Below, in pieces: positions 30,521-40,223 of a stretch of DNA of 64,000 nt. The notes below the pieces were generated by a model that saw only the letters and a list, made by a program, of their open reading frames with translations, was not told the origin of the DNA and searched no databases. Position 1 is the stretch's first letter; every line of letters starts with the position of its first letter. The translations under genes were made by a program, and so were the position numbers. Location: positions 1,856,001-1,920,000 of the forward strand of contig CAWIIQ010000001.1 in assembly GCA_963836185.1 (NCBI GenBank), read 5' to 3'. Source of the DNA: Candidatus Krumholzibacteriia bacterium (GTDB taxonomy: Bacteria > Krumholzibacteriota > Krumholzibacteriia > Krumholzibacteriales > Krumholzibacteriaceae).

Positions 30521-30913
30521 TTACCTTCCCTCCTTCCTCGACTTCTCGATCAGTTCGATGATCGACGCGGCTTCCTCCTCGGAGAGCTTCCCCTCCGATT
30601 CCTTCAGGATCGACATGACGGCGCTCGCCTCGGCTCCCTTGTAGAAGGTGTCGAGGACATTGTACAGCGCCGCCTTTCTCGCTTTTGTCAGTGGAATTGT
30701 CGGGTAGTAGATAAACCGTCCCTTTTCCCGCTCGTGCTCCAGGAAACCCTTGTCTTCCAGAACGCCGAGCATAGTACGCACAGTTGCGTTGACCGGCTTG
30801 TCCGGAAGGGCCTCCATGACCTCCACCGCACTGACCTTCCCGAGACGGTAGACGATCTGCATGATCTGCCTTTCCCGCCTGGTAAGATCTCCTAGTTGTG
30901 GTGTCTTGCTCAT
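30521..30913 (-). CDS. BlaI/MecI/CopY family transcriptional repressor
   Basis: LTRRERQIMQIVY, TVRTMLGVLEDKG; adjacent to M56. Confidence 0.92.
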   Translation of the reverse strand: MSKTPQLGDLTRRERQIMQIVYRLGKVSAVEVMEALPDKPVNATVRTMLGVLEDKGFLEHEREKGRFIYYPTIPLTKARKAALYNVLDTFYKGAEASAVMSILKESEGKLSEEEAASIIELIEKSRKEGR

Positions 30914-30998
30914 GAGACAGTCCGCTCCCTTCGTTTCATCGCGCGTTCCCGGTTTGGCCGTTCCGGTTCCGCATAATTGATTGTAGAACGACTCAACA

Positions 30999-31080
30999 TG
31001 TTAAATCTTTCACATGAGTAATATTTAACACTTTTGTGATCCTGTCAAGGGCAAAAATGAAAAATGTTAAATTTTTCTCA
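30999..31080. promoter_or_regulatory. three 16-bp dyad boxes (TGTTAA-N4-TT[A/C]ACA-like), candidate operators
   Basis: TGTTAAATCTTTCACA (30999), TGAGTAATATTTAACA (31015) and TGTTAAATTTTTCTCA (31065) in the divergent intergenic region upstream of blaI. Confidence 0.55.
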
Positions 31081-31190
31081 TATTGGGAATACGACCGGGC
31101 CCGCTGGAAGTTCCGGGCAAAATAAATATATGCTGCATACAACAGGCTCATGATATATTGAGGCAGTGTTTCGCGGCAAAGGAGGGGTCC

Positions 31191-32303
31191 GTGTCGAAAC
31201 TCAGGGTCTATATCCCAATATTATCAATTCTCATACTTTCAGCAACATCTCTGTCGGCCCAGGAGCCGTACTTCTATGACGGTACCCGTCCCCTCTCGAT
31301 AGGCAAGGCTTTTATCGCCCTGGCGGATGCCGAGAACGCGATCTTCTACAACCCGGCTTGTCTTACCAGGATCGAGGGCCACAAGGTCTCCCTCTCCGGA
31401 TATATCCAGCAGTACTCATGGGAGATCACAGTCTGGCCGCTCGCCGGCAGGAGACCGAATTTTACCGATCGGGGATTCACCGCCTCATACGTGCAGAACA
31501 GGTTCGGGATCTCATTCAGCTTCACCGGAAAAGGGTGGTGGGAGGATGTAACCATAGGCGACTGGATGAGCGGAACCTCGTATACAAAAAAGTTGATGGA
31601 TTACGAGCGGTACGTCGCAGCATCGTATGCTCATGATATCCTGCCCTGGTTCAGCCTCGGCCTTACGGGCAAGTACCTTCATTTCTCCCCTGCCGCGGAA
31701 ACCGACCTGCTCGAAAATTCGGACGGTGTGACTCTTGATCTGGGATTTCTCTTCGACCCGGTAGACAGGCTCTCGATAGGAATCAATCTAGTAAACCTTC
31801 TCTCGTCAGACATCAACTATGCTGTCTACAACGACTATACGGGAATCAACTGGCTGAACGAGCTTCCTATAAACGTGACATTCGGCCTCGCATGGGCCCC
31901 GATTGAAGCCCTGTCTCTGACCGCCGATGTGAGGAACCTCTTTCAGGACGATGTCAGCCCTGCAGTGGGCGACTACATCCTGGAGTTCAAGCGGTCTTAT
32001 CATCTGGGGCTCGAATGGAGGCCGGCTGCCGGCATATCCCTGAGAACCGGATACTATCTGGCTGATAGAGCGGTGGACCGGATATATCCAGTCGTTCCAT
32101 TCGGTTCACCATCGGGCACCGATTACTATGAATATGAGAAATACAACAACTTTGCTTTCGGAGCGGGATTCCTCTATCACGGGGTCACATTTGATATAGG
32201 CGTGAAAATCGATGACAGGAGTTCGAAAATGGAGGAGTCGGAGACCAGCGAACTGCAGGACAATACAGCGATGGGCTCCGCCTCGATATCTTACAGCTTC
32301 TGA
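31191..32303 (+). CDS. PorV/FadL-like outer-membrane beta-barrel protein
   Basis: GTG start after GGAGG; signal peptide; GTRPLSIGKAFIALAD..AIFYNPA (FadL/PorV N-terminal motif); C-terminal SYSF. Confidence 0.7.
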   Translation: MSKLRVYIPILSILILSATSLSAQEPYFYDGTRPLSIGKAFIALADAENAIFYNPACLTRIEGHKVSLSGYIQQYSWEITVWPLAGRRPNFTDRGFTASYVQNRFGISFSFTGKGWWEDVTIGDWMSGTSYTKKLMDYERYVAASYAHDILPWFSLGLTGKYLHFSPAAETDLLENSDGVTLDLGFLFDPVDRLSIGINLVNLLSSDINYAVYNDYTGINWLNELPINVTFGLAWAPIEALSLTADVRNLFQDDVSPAVGDYILEFKRSYHLGLEWRPAAGISLRTGYYLADRAVDRIYPVVPFGSPSGTDYYEYEKYNNFAFGAGFLYHGVTFDIGVKIDDRSSKMEESETSELQDNTAMGSASISYSF

Positions 32304-33361
32304 TCCCTGATGATACCCCCGCCGATTACGATATCTCCACGGTAGAGCACGACCGACTGACCCGGTGTCACCGATTTCTGTGGTTCGTCGAACCGGACCT
32401 CGAGGTTATCCCCTGTCAGGCTGAACTCGCACGGCTCCGGGCCGTGGGCATACCTTATCTTCGCCTCCGCCCTGCCGCCCGTCTCTCCTGGAAGGAAATT
32501 GACGGGGTCCGCGACAAGGTTGTCCGAGTAGAGGCGTTCCTCTTCCCCGACAACGATCCTGTTCGTTTCCGGTTCGATCGATATCACGTAGAGAGGATTC
32601 GGGGCGCTGATGCCGAGTCCGCGCCGCTGGCCGATCGTGTAGTTGAAGATCCCGTCATGCCTGCCGAGGATGTCGCCGCCGACTGAGACAATATCACCGG
32701 GGACAGGCTCTATCCCCCTGCTCCTGAAGAAGGCGGCCCCGCCTCCTTCGGGCCAGAAACAGACGTCCTGGCTCTCCGGTTTCTCCGATACCTTGAGCCC
32801 GGCCTTTGCCGCGATCCTCCTGACCTCCTCCTTCGTCAGGTCCCCGAGCGGAAAGACCACCTTCCCGAGTCTCGCGCGTTCTACGGAGTAGAGAAAATAA
32901 GTCTGGTCCTTTGTCCTGTCTTTCGGCCTCGCCAGCGCCGGCACCCCGCCCTCATCGGTTATCTTCGCGTAGTGGCCGGTGGCGAGCAGGTCCATCCCGG
33001 AAGCGCCGAGGCTGTCAACAAGCGCCCTGAACTTGATATGCTCGTTGCAGAGGATACAGGGGTTGGGGGTCCTTCCCGCGAGATATTCATCGACAAAGGG
33101 ACCTATTACGCGTTTTTCCATCTCGCCGCTCATCGAGAGGACATGATGCTCGATCCCGAGTTCCCTGCAGACTTTTCTCGCGTCTGTAATATCCTCGGGG
33201 CTGCAGCACTTCTTCCCGCCTCCCGCCGGTTCGGCTGCGATACACATCGTAATACCGGAGACATCATACCCGCCCCGTTTAAGCAGGATAGCGGCGACCG
33301 AAGAATCTACTCCCCCGCTCATCGCGACAAGCACCTTATCTGTATCAGGGTGATCCATCAC
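32291..33361 (-). CDS. mnmA: tRNA 2-thiouridylase
   Basis: AMSGGVDSS, TPNPCILCN, ATGHY, KDQTYFL, ESQDVCF, YTIGQRRGL and TPGQ. Confidence 0.96.
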   Translation of the reverse strand: MMDHPDTDKVLVAMSGGVDSSVAAILLKRGGYDVSGITMCIAAEPAGGGKKCCSPEDITDARKVCRELGIEHHVLSMSGEMEKRVIGPFVDEYLAGRTPNPCILCNEHIKFRALVDSLGASGMDLLATGHYAKITDEGGVPALARPKDRTKDQTYFLYSVERARLGKVVFPLGDLTKEEVRRIAAKAGLKVSEKPESQDVCFWPEGGGAAFFRSRGIEPVPGDIVSVGGDILGRHDGIFNYTIGQRRGLGISAPNPLYVISIEPETNRIVVGEEERLYSDNLVADPVNFLPGETGGRAEAKIRYAHGPEPCEFSLTGDNLEVRFDEPQKSVTPGQSVVLYRGDIVIGGGIIRDQKL

Positions 33362-33415
33362 AAGACAGGTTAGTACATGTTGAGGTGCCTGTTCCAGTCA
33401 TTTGAATATAATACT

Positions 33416-33442
33416 GGCCGGCGGCCCTGAGGGCCGCCGGCC
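33416..33442. terminator. GC-rich hairpin after the RQGEWFF gene
   Basis: Perfect 12-bp stem ggccggcggccc-tga-gggccgccggcc, 10 nt past the stop; only a weak U-tract. Confidence 0.5.
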
Positions 33443-33452
33443 TTCTCTCGAG

Positions 33453-34262
33453 TCAGTCAAGGAAGACGACGTTCCGTGAGCTCCTCTCATCGTTGAGGAG
33501 CACCTCGTGCCAGCTGTCGAGATGTATCGTCCTGTGGTCCGGGTGCCGCACATATCCGCAGGCGAAGACGCGCGCGTTCATCCTCATCGGCTGGGCACGG
33601 CGCCTGTGTACGGCTGCAAGGAACTGGTAGTGCCTCTGCTTAAACACCTTTCTACCGAGGATGTAGACAGTCTCTCCCCCCTCGCGCACCAGCATCTCGC
33701 ATACGTGAGCTTTGCTCCCGGCGTTTCGCTGTATCGGTTCGTCCCTGTGGATAACGGACTCGTCGAACTCCTTATCCACCGGGATAAAGAACCATTCTCC
33801 CTGCCTTCTGAAGATATCGTTCTTCCTGCTCTTGAGATCCGCGGTCCTGATCGACCGGGATACACCCTGCATGGTGGGCGGGAGAAGGGCCCGCCATGCG
33901 TCGCGCACAGTGCTGACCGGTTTCCTGATCTCGGTGACGAACCAGTGCCTCTCGTCGTGACCGCAGAGAAACCTGCGCCCTCGTGATGTCATCATGAGAA
34001 GATGCCTCTGCTTCGGCAGGGACTGAAGGACACGGAACCCGATATCCCGGCCTTTTCTTATCCGGATATCGAAGTACTCGCCCTTTTTATCGTCCGAGAT
34101 ATCGATCGTGAACGCGGGAAGACGACGCTCCCTTTGACGGCGGAACCTTTCCTGACGCAGCGTCTTCGGTTCGCTCCTCAGCCGTTCGGGAAGTTCCACC
34201 TCCCCGAACCTGACGCGGCCGCCCATCGACTCGAAATGTTTCGAGAGGGAATCCAGCCTCAT
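33453..34262 (-). CDS. uncharacterised basic, His-rich protein (LCGHDERHWFV / RQGEWFF / HPDH motifs)
   Basis: 269-aa ORF with strong GGAGGTG SD; Arg-rich; His/Cys-containing motifs; C-terminal VFLD. Confidence 0.8.
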   Translation of the reverse strand: MRLDSLSKHFESMGGRVRFGEVELPERLRSEPKTLRQERFRRQRERRLPAFTIDISDDKKGEYFDIRIRKGRDIGFRVLQSLPKQRHLLMMTSRGRRFLCGHDERHWFVTEIRKPVSTVRDAWRALLPPTMQGVSRSIRTADLKSRKNDIFRRQGEWFFIPVDKEFDESVIHRDEPIQRNAGSKAHVCEMLVREGGETVYILGRKVFKQRHYQFLAAVHRRRAQPMRMNARVFACGYVRHPDHRTIHLDSWHEVLLNDERSSRNVVFLD

Positions 34263-34431
34263 GGCTCACCTCCATTTCATGGCCCGCGGTACGGCTTACC
34301 TCAGGGGTATGGTGCGGCAGGTGCCGCCCCGCGGGCCGTCAGCGTCCGGCGTATGCCCGCCGCACTAGGCTACCGGACGCAATACGCCTGTGAATCATGA
34401 ATGACCTGTTACGCGGTCAAAGCCGCGTCAT

Positions 34432-34485
34432 TCATAATTCAATACTAAAATATTTAATGGAGGTGCTAAGGCTGGTCACGGACAT
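34432..34485 (-). CDS. putative 17-aa leader peptide MSVTSLSTSIKYFSIEL
   Basis: GGGAG SD 7 nt before the ATG; TGA stop inside a hairpin arm; lies in a long structured 5' leader. Confidence 0.4.
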   Translation of the reverse strand: MSVTSLSTSIKYFSIEL

Positions 34486-34596
34486 GGCGAGTCTCCCGTG
34501 ATAAAGAATTGGTTACCCTTGTTCCTGTCACCCCTGACAGGAATATTTTCGCAGAACGCTTCCTGAAGGGTCAAGAAATATTTTCGCCGGACGTTT

Positions 34597-36795
34597 TCAT
34601 TCCTGCCCGAATTCCTCGAGATAAACACGGATGAACTCGGCGAGCGACCATGCCTGGCTTGCCGCCCCGCCGAACTCCTCTTTGCCCGGAATGAAGCGGC
34701 CGTCCCTTATCTCGCGAAGGGAACCCGTACACCCCTCGTCGAGGATCTCTTCGATCATCGGGGCGAAGAGCTCTCGGGCAGCCTGCTCTTCTCCGGCCGC
34801 GACCATGCATGAGATCGCCGGGCCGGCGAGCCATACCCAGACGTCTCCGTTGTGATAGGCAGCGTCATAGTAGTAGCTGTCCAGATCGAGATGCAGCGTT
34901 TTGAAATCGGGATCGTCAGGATCGAGAGAAGTGACGCCATGCGGCAGGATCACGGTCTCCATCGCCGTCGAGACTATCTCCCTGAACTGTACCCAGGTGA
35001 CGAGCCCGGCATACTCAGGTGTCTCGCCGAGCCGGAAGGAGTCCATGAGGCCGAGCATCCTGAGGGTATCGAGATAGACCCACAGGGCCAGCAGGGCGTT
35101 GGGCCTGACCTGGGTGTCCGCTGAACCGTCCGTGTTGAGATGATCGTGGAGATATTTGCGCTCCTCCCACCAGTAACTGCTCCTGAACGACTGCGCGAGC
35201 ATCCCTGCGTGTGCCATCCACGTTTCAGCGCTGCTGCCGGTATCCACGCCCACTTCCGATACCGCTTCGGCCCACATCGAACCGACGAGCAGCCCGTGAT
35301 GGAAAAGTACCTGCAGTTCTACCGCCCTGTCGCCGCGGGGCGAGAAGGGATTGTGCTCCCCGCCTGCGTCCATCCAGGTCTCGCCATCGCCATGCGTGAG
35401 AAATCCACGGTGATCGACCGCCTTCTCGAGGGCGCCGTCGATGGCAAGCCTGATCCTCGGCCATGCCTCGAGGAGGAATTCCCTGTCACTCGTTGCCAGG
35501 TAGTACTTCCACGCGGCACGCACGAACCACCATGTGCCGTCTACCCCGGCGTACTGGAGATTGTCCGGATTGACGATGTTGGGCATCCTGCCCAGCCTGT
35601 CACTGCCGGAATCTGTCTGCTGGTATTCCATAAACGAGGTAAGGATCTCTCTTGCCGTCTCGAACTCGCCTGTAGCGAGGCAGGCTCCCGGAAGGCAGAT
35701 GAAAGAATCTCTTCCCCAGTAGTTGGGGAACCAGTGGAACCCCGCGTAGATGCCCCTTCCTCGCTGGTCCATGATGAGGTTGTCCATCGAGGCGCGCGCC
35801 CAGCAGTAAGCCTTGAAGTCCCTTGTCGGAGGATGTGGATCCGGACGCCTGAATCCTTCCGCATCCTGTTTCGAGAATTTCGGCGGATCGTTCTCCCGGT
35901 CGATCAGCTGGAGCTTATCAGCGATCCTCCCGTATTTCGCCGCCTTGAGTTCGAGCCTGTGCTCGAGGATCCTCTCCGCCTGCTCGACCGCGTCGTTCTC
36001 TGTAACACCGAGCCCGAAGGCAAATACGACCTCCCCGACCGATCCCGCATGAGGGGTGAAGGTGAGCCTGCCCGGCGAGAATGGCGAGGTCCTCCCCATC
36101 GCCTTTCGAGCCATGTCTGTCGGATAAGTCCTGTCCTCGAACCTCTCTTCCGGCTCGAACTCCATCTCCGTGTCGCTCTTGATCGCTATCCAGCGGGGCC
36201 TGCCCGGCTCGAACGGGTCGTCCGAGCGTGATATGAGCAGGACATTGTTCTTCTTCTCCCAGAAGATCCTGTAATCAGGCTTCGGGACATCCCAGATATA
36301 GCGCATATCGACCCAGGGAACGAGGGTGCAGGAGTCGCCGAGCATCCCCGCGTACCTTACGGCAAGGCCGTTCTCACCGTCGGGGAGCATTATCTCCTCG
36401 ATGACCTGGTTCAGCTCATACCACCTGTATAACGTTTGCGGATATGCCCTTGTGAGCTTCACCTCATCTGGATTCAAATGCGATTGCCCGTTATGGAAGT
36501 CCCACGAGTCGAGATATTCATGCATCGCGCAGTAGAGCCCGTGATAGCTGCGCCTGTTCCGTGAATTAGTCTCGCAGCTGAAGTGGGTCGCGACCTTGTT
36601 GGTCGTGATATATTCTCTCGAGTGGCCGCCGGCGACCCTTATCTCCCAGGTCTCGCGGAGATCGAACGGTTCCTCTACGAGCGTCTCTCCAGTGACATCC
36701 TCTTCCATCTCTTTAGAGCTCCATGTCTGTGTGCCGGAGCACCCTGTGATCAATACCAGCGCGGTCAAAACAGCGATCGTGTATCTCGTGTTCAT
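34597..36795 (-). CDS. amylo-alpha-1,6-glucosidase (GDE C-terminal/GH133-like), lipoprotein
   Basis: LITG|C lipobox; [37 protein letters not shown] and QAWSLAE. Confidence 0.85.
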   Translation of the reverse strand: MNTRYTIAVLTALVLITGCSGTQTWSSKEMEEDVTGETLVEEPFDLRETWEIRVAGGHSREYITTNKVATHFSCETNSRNRRSYHGLYCAMHEYLDSWDFHNGQSHLNPDEVKLTRAYPQTLYRWYELNQVIEEIMLPDGENGLAVRYAGMLGDSCTLVPWVDMRYIWDVPKPDYRIFWEKKNNVLLISRSDDPFEPGRPRWIAIKSDTEMEFEPEERFEDRTYPTDMARKAMGRTSPFSPGRLTFTPHAGSVGEVVFAFGLGVTENDAVEQAERILEHRLELKAAKYGRIADKLQLIDRENDPPKFSKQDAEGFRRPDPHPPTRDFKAYCWARASMDNLIMDQRGRGIYAGFHWFPNYWGRDSFICLPGACLATGEFETAREILTSFMEYQQTDSGSDRLGRMPNIVNPDNLQYAGVDGTWWFVRAAWKYYLATSDREFLLEAWPRIRLAIDGALEKAVDHRGFLTHGDGETWMDAGGEHNPFSPRGDRAVELQVLFHHGLLVGSMWAEAVSEVGVDTGSSAETWMAHAGMLAQSFRSSYWWEERKYLHDHLNTDGSADTQVRPNALLALWVYLDTLRMLGLMDSFRLGETPEYAGLVTWVQFREIVSTAMETVILPHGVTSLDPDDPDFKTLHLDLDSYYYDAAYHNGDVWVWLAGPAISCMVAAGEEQAARELFAPMIEEILDEGCTGSLREIRDGRFIPGKEEFGGAASQAWSLAEFIRVYLEEFGQE

Positions 36796-36909
36796 CCTTA
36801 CCCCCTTGTCACGGGCATCTTACCCGATAGAGACCGGAGCGGCAACCATTCCTATCCACTTGACTCCCCCGGCGGCGCCGTTGTAAAGTCCCCGGGAAAG
36901 GAAATCTCC

Positions 36910-38008
36910 ATGGCAAAGGTAGAATTCAGGGACGTAGACAAGATATATCCGGGCGACGTAAGGGCCGCCTCAGATATCAACCTCACCGTCGAGGACAAGG
37001 AGCTTCTCGTCCTGGTCGGCCCCTCAGGATGCGGCAAATCGACTGTACTGAGAATGGTAGCCGGCCTCGAGGAAGCGACAAACGGGCATATCTACTTCGA
37101 TGATACAGATGTTACCGACCTTCCTCCCAAGGACCGGGACATCGCGATGGTCTTCCAGAACTACGCCCTTTACCCTCATATGAACGTCTTCGACAACATG
37201 GCCTTCGGCCTCAAGCTCCGCAAGTACCCGAAGCAGGAGATCGAAGAGCGCGTCCGGGAGGCCGCGAAGATACTCGGGATAGACCAGCTCCTCGAGCGCA
37301 AGCCGAAGGCCCTGTCAGGCGGGCAGCGCCAGAGAGTCGCCCTTGGAAGGGCGCTCGTCCGAAAACCGAGCGTCTTCCTCTTCGACGAACCGCTCTCGAA
37401 CCTCGACGCGAAGATGCGCGTCCAGATGCGCACCGAGATCCGCAAACTCAATCTCGATATTCAGACGACGATGATATACGTCACCCACGACCAGGTAGAG
37501 GCGATGACCCTCGGCGACAGGCTCGCCGTAATGGACGTGGGAACGATCCAGCAGGTCGGCACCCCTATCGACCTCTACAACAGGCCGGTGAACAGGTTTG
37601 TCGGTTCGTTCATCGGATCGCCCGCGATGAATTTCGTAGAGGGAGAGGTCAAGGGCGGGGATACCCCGGTATTCGAGACGACGTTCACATCCCTGCCCGT
37701 ACCGGAGAGATTCAGGCCGGCCCTCGGGCAGCGTGAAGCTGACACTCGGCATCCGGCCCGAGGACCTCTACATCTCCGTACCTGACGAGGACCAGGGCAG
37801 CTTCCACCAGATAGATGCTGTGATAGATGTCTCCGAGACACTCGGCAACGAGATGATATTCCACGTCGACGCCGGCGGACAGAGGCTCGTCGTCAGGGAA
37901 GATCCCGACGTCAGAGCTTCCCACGGGGACAAGGTCAGGCTCAGCATCGACCTCGACAACATCCATTTCTTCGACGGCGAGTCGGGAGCTTCCCTGCTAG
38001 CAGGCTGA
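36910..38008 (+). CDS. MsmX/UgpC-type sugar ABC transporter ATPase (apparent +1 frameshift ~37727)
   Basis: [28 protein letters not shown] and DEPLSNLD; the OB tail LGIRPED continues in the next frame. TTGACT-N18-TAAAGT promoter candidate at 36860-36889. Confidence 0.9.
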
Positions 38009-38016
38009 GTACAGGA

Positions 38017-39871
38017 TCACTCCTCCCCAAACCTCAAGATCGATGTCCTGCCACCGACGATGAGTTCATTATCTGAATCACCCAGGATGCAGTGCAGAAT
38101 ATCAAACGGAATAGATATCTCATGCCACTCATTACCGTCAAAGTGCAGAATGCGATCGTACTGACCTGCGATGTACAGATCTGTATCAGAATCGCCCCAG
38201 ATCGCGACCAGATTTCCCGAATTGTCAGAATAGAACTCGCTCCAGCCAGTGCCGTCATAATGGATGACCGTTCCTATATCCTGATACCCGCCGACTGCGT
38301 AGACATCAGATCCTGACCTGCCCCAGATATCGAAAAGCGCATGATCCACAGGAGAGGTCATTTCTTCCCATCCGCTGCCGTTGTAATACTGAATAAGAGT
38401 CCCAGAATTATGAGATCCACCTACCGCGAAGATATGTTCAGCCGAGCTTCCCCATATCGCGTTGAGATCGTCATCGACTGCCAGCTCTTCCTCCCAGGTC
38501 GAACCATCGAAATGCACGATCCAGCCTGGCCCCACTCCATAGACATCAGATCCGGAACTTCCCCAAAGATCCAGTATTCTGGTCGTTCCGGGATAGTCCA
38601 TCATGCCCCATCCCGTGCCATTATAGTGGTAGACCCTTCGGCTCCAGTTGGTGGAAGCGAATATATCGCTGCCGGAACTCCCCCATATCGACATGAATTC
38701 ACCAGTCAGTTCAGGCGTAGCCATCCTGCTCCATTCGACTCCGTCGAAACTGATGATCTTGTTATTATTCACTCCGTACAATTCGTTCATGGAAGTACCC
38801 CAGACATCGGTGAGTCCGCACAATGCCCCCTCTGCCTCCACCTGGCTGGTTCCTTCTTCCGAGACCAGGATCGTCCCTTCACTGCCGACCGATATGAATT
38901 GTCCATCAGGCCCACCGCTGACCGAGTTCAGATCATTCGTCGTCCCTGTCGTGACAACACGCCACAGGATTCCATCGAAATGCAGAACCGTGCCCTCTTG
39001 CCCTGAAACATAGACATTATCGGCCGATGTCCCATGCACCCCCGTGAATGTTGGATATCCACACTGAACGTCGGTCAGCACACTCCACTCGTTTCCGTCA
39101 AAATGAAGGATCGTCCCCCTCCACAGTGGATTCAGCCATGGATCCTCATCATCCATGCAGTTAACCCGTCCCACGGCGTAGATGTCATTCGGAGATGATC
39201 CCCATATCCCGGTGAATCTCTCTACATAAATGTCAAATTCATCCACGTGCCAGGTCTCACCGTCGAACCTGGCAATGATGCCAGTGGGAATCGTGTCGGG
39301 AAATGTCATTATATCTTTTCCCGCAACATACAGATCCGCACCATCCGCAGTCCAGATATCATTGATTTCCCAATCCTCCATGCTCTCTAACGGTGTCCAT
39401 TCAACTCCATCATAGTGCATGAGCAATGGCCCATCCGCGGCATAGACATCTGAGCCTGACCTTCCCCAGACAGCAGTGAAATAGCCATTTCCGCTCGACA
39501 GGCGCATAGGCGCCCAGGAAGTGCCGTCATAATGCGAGATCCCTTCGTGATTACCCGCCCAGCTCGTTCCAGGATTCTCCAACAACAAAGACATCAGTCT
39601 CAGAACTGCCCCAGACACTGTTGATCGATGAGAATACCTTGTTAGCCATCGGATTCCATTGGCCGTCCTTGTACCTGAATATCATTCCATATTCGCCAAC
39701 GGCATAGGCTACGCCGTTGTCTGCTCTCCAAACGTCGAACAGGTCGGATGAAGTACATTCCATGTACCAGGTGCCGGTCTCCTGCGGCGTATCATCTTCC
39801 GGTAATACCGGATCAGTACCGCAGGAGAAAAAAATGGAAGTAAAGATGACAGCGAGAACGGAAAGAACCAT
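38017..39871 (-). CDS. secreted beta-propeller repeat lipoprotein (apparent +1 frameshift ~39560)
   Basis: FFS|C lipobox; about 14 repeats of xxWGSSxxDVYAVG..ILHFDGxxW; visibly more AT-rich than the flanks. Confidence 0.75.
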
Positions 39872-40223
39872 CGAACGCAGTGTGGATCTGCAGACATTAT
39901 GCCACCTGCCTTCTCAAAAATCCTTACCGGGTCATCAGGTGAGTTGTCTCTATATTTAAAAGTTACATCTTGATAAGCTATACATCAAGAATATTCTAGA
40001 ACATACGCCAAAAATAACCCGAAGCACCTAAGACTCCAGTAATATGCAGATTACAAGACTATTTACAGACAGTGAATACAATTAGAGGGTGATCCTGAAT
40101 GATAAAAATAGCTGATTAAAATCGAATGTCTCGTTCTGCCTCGTTTGCTTTTTATTGGAACTGTCGGGAAGAAATGGGTAGAATCTACCGCATGTAGCCT
40201 GCCCGTATTGTCAAAGGAGCGGC

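Noticed and set aside
34281-34337. tRNA or tRNA-like gene
   Set aside because: It is only ~57 nt with two inner hairpins and has no TTCRA T-loop, D-loop or CCA.
34263-34485. Selenoprotein or UGA-readthrough ORF in the leader
   Set aside because: Reading through the three UGAs gives no protein-like sequence and is out of frame with the downstream gene; other genes in the window use TGA as a normal stop.
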